A DNA stretch of 63,989 bases, counting the filler, from Neolecta irregularis DAH-3 (lineage: Eukaryota), in NCBI GenBank assembly GCA_001929475.1. It is 11 parts of 11 records of this genome, joined end to end, with 100 filler letters (N's around TTAATTAATTAA, not from the genome) between each part and the next. Parts side by side here need not be neighbours in the genome. Positions count along the whole stretch, not along the records: positions 62,340 to 63,989 come from LXFE01004408.1; 10 more parts are not named here. One strand, written 5' to 3'. The position numbers and the translations under genes were made by a program. The notes beneath the pieces were generated by a model. It saw only the letters and a list, made by a program, of their open reading frames with translations. It was not told where the DNA came from and searched no databases. This document shows positions 62,340 to 63,989 of this stretch, one piece after another (within the stretch, counting starts at the first letter, position 1; each line of letters starts with the position of its first letter).

Positions 62340-63578
62340 ATGTTCAAGATTGACATCAAGAACTTTGGGAAATCGTGGATTGAAAACAGCGAACCAGTCT
62401 TCGCCTTCTTTTCGATGTTCTGCAGAGAGTTTATCGAAATCAAGATCGCCGCCGATCGGAGTTTGACTTTTAGGAGGCGCTGGTAGAGATAATGGAGGAA
62501 CTGAACCAGATCGGGTCGGAGTGNNNNNNNNNNTAGGAGGCGCTGGTAGAGATAATGGAGGAACTGAACCAGATCGGGTCGGAGTGGCGGGTTGTTTTGG
62601 AGGAGGGCCTGTATGCTGAATAATTTGTTGCGGAGGGTGCGTGCTAGGCAAGGGTGCTGATACCGAATTGCCATTTTGACCGGGCAGGGATTGTGAGACT
62701 TTAGCTCTCTTCACAGCAACAGTTGCCGGTCCGACAGCGTTGGCTTGTTGAGAAACGGGGGAATGGCCAGGATATCCTACTTCTAATTAAACAAAATGAT
62801 CTATATCGCACGCATACTACCTGCACTTCCTTTTCGACCTTCATATTGGGATGCATCTGAAGGTTGTTCTGTTCGGATTCGTTTATTTTGGTGTTGTTGC
62901 TGTGGTTGGCCATTTTGAAAGGGCCCCGGCGGGGGACCTTGATATTGTTGATTAGATTGCAGGCTAGCGTCTGGAGGAGCTAGTTGGCCAGCTTGCCCTC
63001 CTTGCCCGGCCATGATGGGACCAAATAAGTTATTTTGACCATGAGAGAGGGTCGGTGGAACGGAAGCGTGGGAAATATGGTGGTTGTTATTTGACGATGA
63101 GGGACCGGGGGCAATGGGTTGAACTGGGGGCGCAGTTCTGGCGGCATCTAGTTCACGCTGAAGCCGCTTAATTTCCTCGTTGTATCTATATGGCTGTCAA
63201 TCCGATTGGAAAATGTCGCACGTACTGCTGCTTGAGCTTCTGATGGCTCATCTCGAGCTCTACTACGGTTTGCCGGATGGACTGGACCTCGGAAATTTGG
63301 AGAGAAACTAGAGGGTCAAAAAGGACGAGCCGGAGGGGCATTACTTTTGCGCTCGTAGTCTTCTCTGCAGATATTAAACNNNNNNNNNNCAGCGGTCAAA
63401 AAGGACGAGCCGGAGGGGCATTACTTTTGCGCTCGTAGTCTTCTCTGCAGATATTAAACCCATTATATTGAGTCGAAACATTATCGAATTCCTGTTTTAC
63501 GGCATCGAGCAGTTCAGCGAGGCGGCCGAGGCCTTCGTTTGGGACGCCCTGGGGGCGATTATTGTACATGTTTGCCAT
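62340..63578 (-). CDS. TUP1: Tup1-family corepressor, 5' part
   Basis: RLAELLDAVKQEFD coiled coil; KEGEDWFAVFNP...LDVNLEH before the WD40 region. Confidence 0.93.
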
Positions 63579-63989
63579 CTCTGGGACGGGGCGCCGGGCG
63601 ACAGAGCGAGACCGAGGCGCGACGGGGGATGGAGAGCTGGGGGGGGGAGAGAAGTAGCGGTGACGGTGTGGGAGGGAGGCTGCGACAGTCCCAGGGCGAA
63701 GAGGCGGCGCGAACCTCACCACCAAGAAATCATCACCAGAAGCGGCATGCGGGCGCGGCCTGTCTCTACATGCAGCGGCGAGTATATAGCATTGCGGGCG
63801 GGCGCAGTTCAGCGGCGCCTGCGGACGCTGCACGCCCGCTGCGCAACAGAAAACAAAAGCGGCTGCGGCCTGTAATTATCGCCTGCCGCGCTTGCGGGCG
63901 GAGGGCAGGGCGTGCCGCCGACCTGCCTGTTTGGGCCGCGCGGGCCAGCCTGCCCTCCGCCCGCCCGCTCCTCCCGCCCCGCCCGCCCA

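Overview
Fungal genomic DNA from a compact, intron-rich ascomycete. The gene set and very short introns suggest Taphrinomycotina, possibly Neolecta-like (inference only). The window is not contiguous: about 11 pieces are joined by artificial N44-TTAATTAATTAA-N44 spacers, and several 10-N gaps are flanked by duplicated sequence. Most of it is dense housekeeping genes with 31-40 nt introns: RPS22, POL3, cyanase, MsrA, IQGAP, amidase, PUT1, Osh6/7, Aladin-like, ERG25, DAD4, MscS, PPR, CDH1, GPC1, TAF5, NTF2-like, LOS1, HUT1, FRS1, alpha-tubulin and TUP1. An accessory stretch (about 47.5-61 kb) holds an AT-rich relic, an Mx-like dynamin with a decayed duplicate, and the best candidate novel system. 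That candidate is a family of secreted modular proteins with N-terminal PAN/Apple domains and a C-terminal domain resembling a degenerate Ulp1-like protease: two intact genes plus two remnants. Other highlights: RPS22 has an intronic snR44-type H/ACA snoRNA and a structured 5'UTR intron; an intron appears to split the ERG25 start codon; a His1 LPMO-like secreted protein; an NTF2-only G3BP/Bre5-like gene; and small genes missed by the ORF track. Intron boundaries were read by eye and family assignments are from motif recognition, not database searches.
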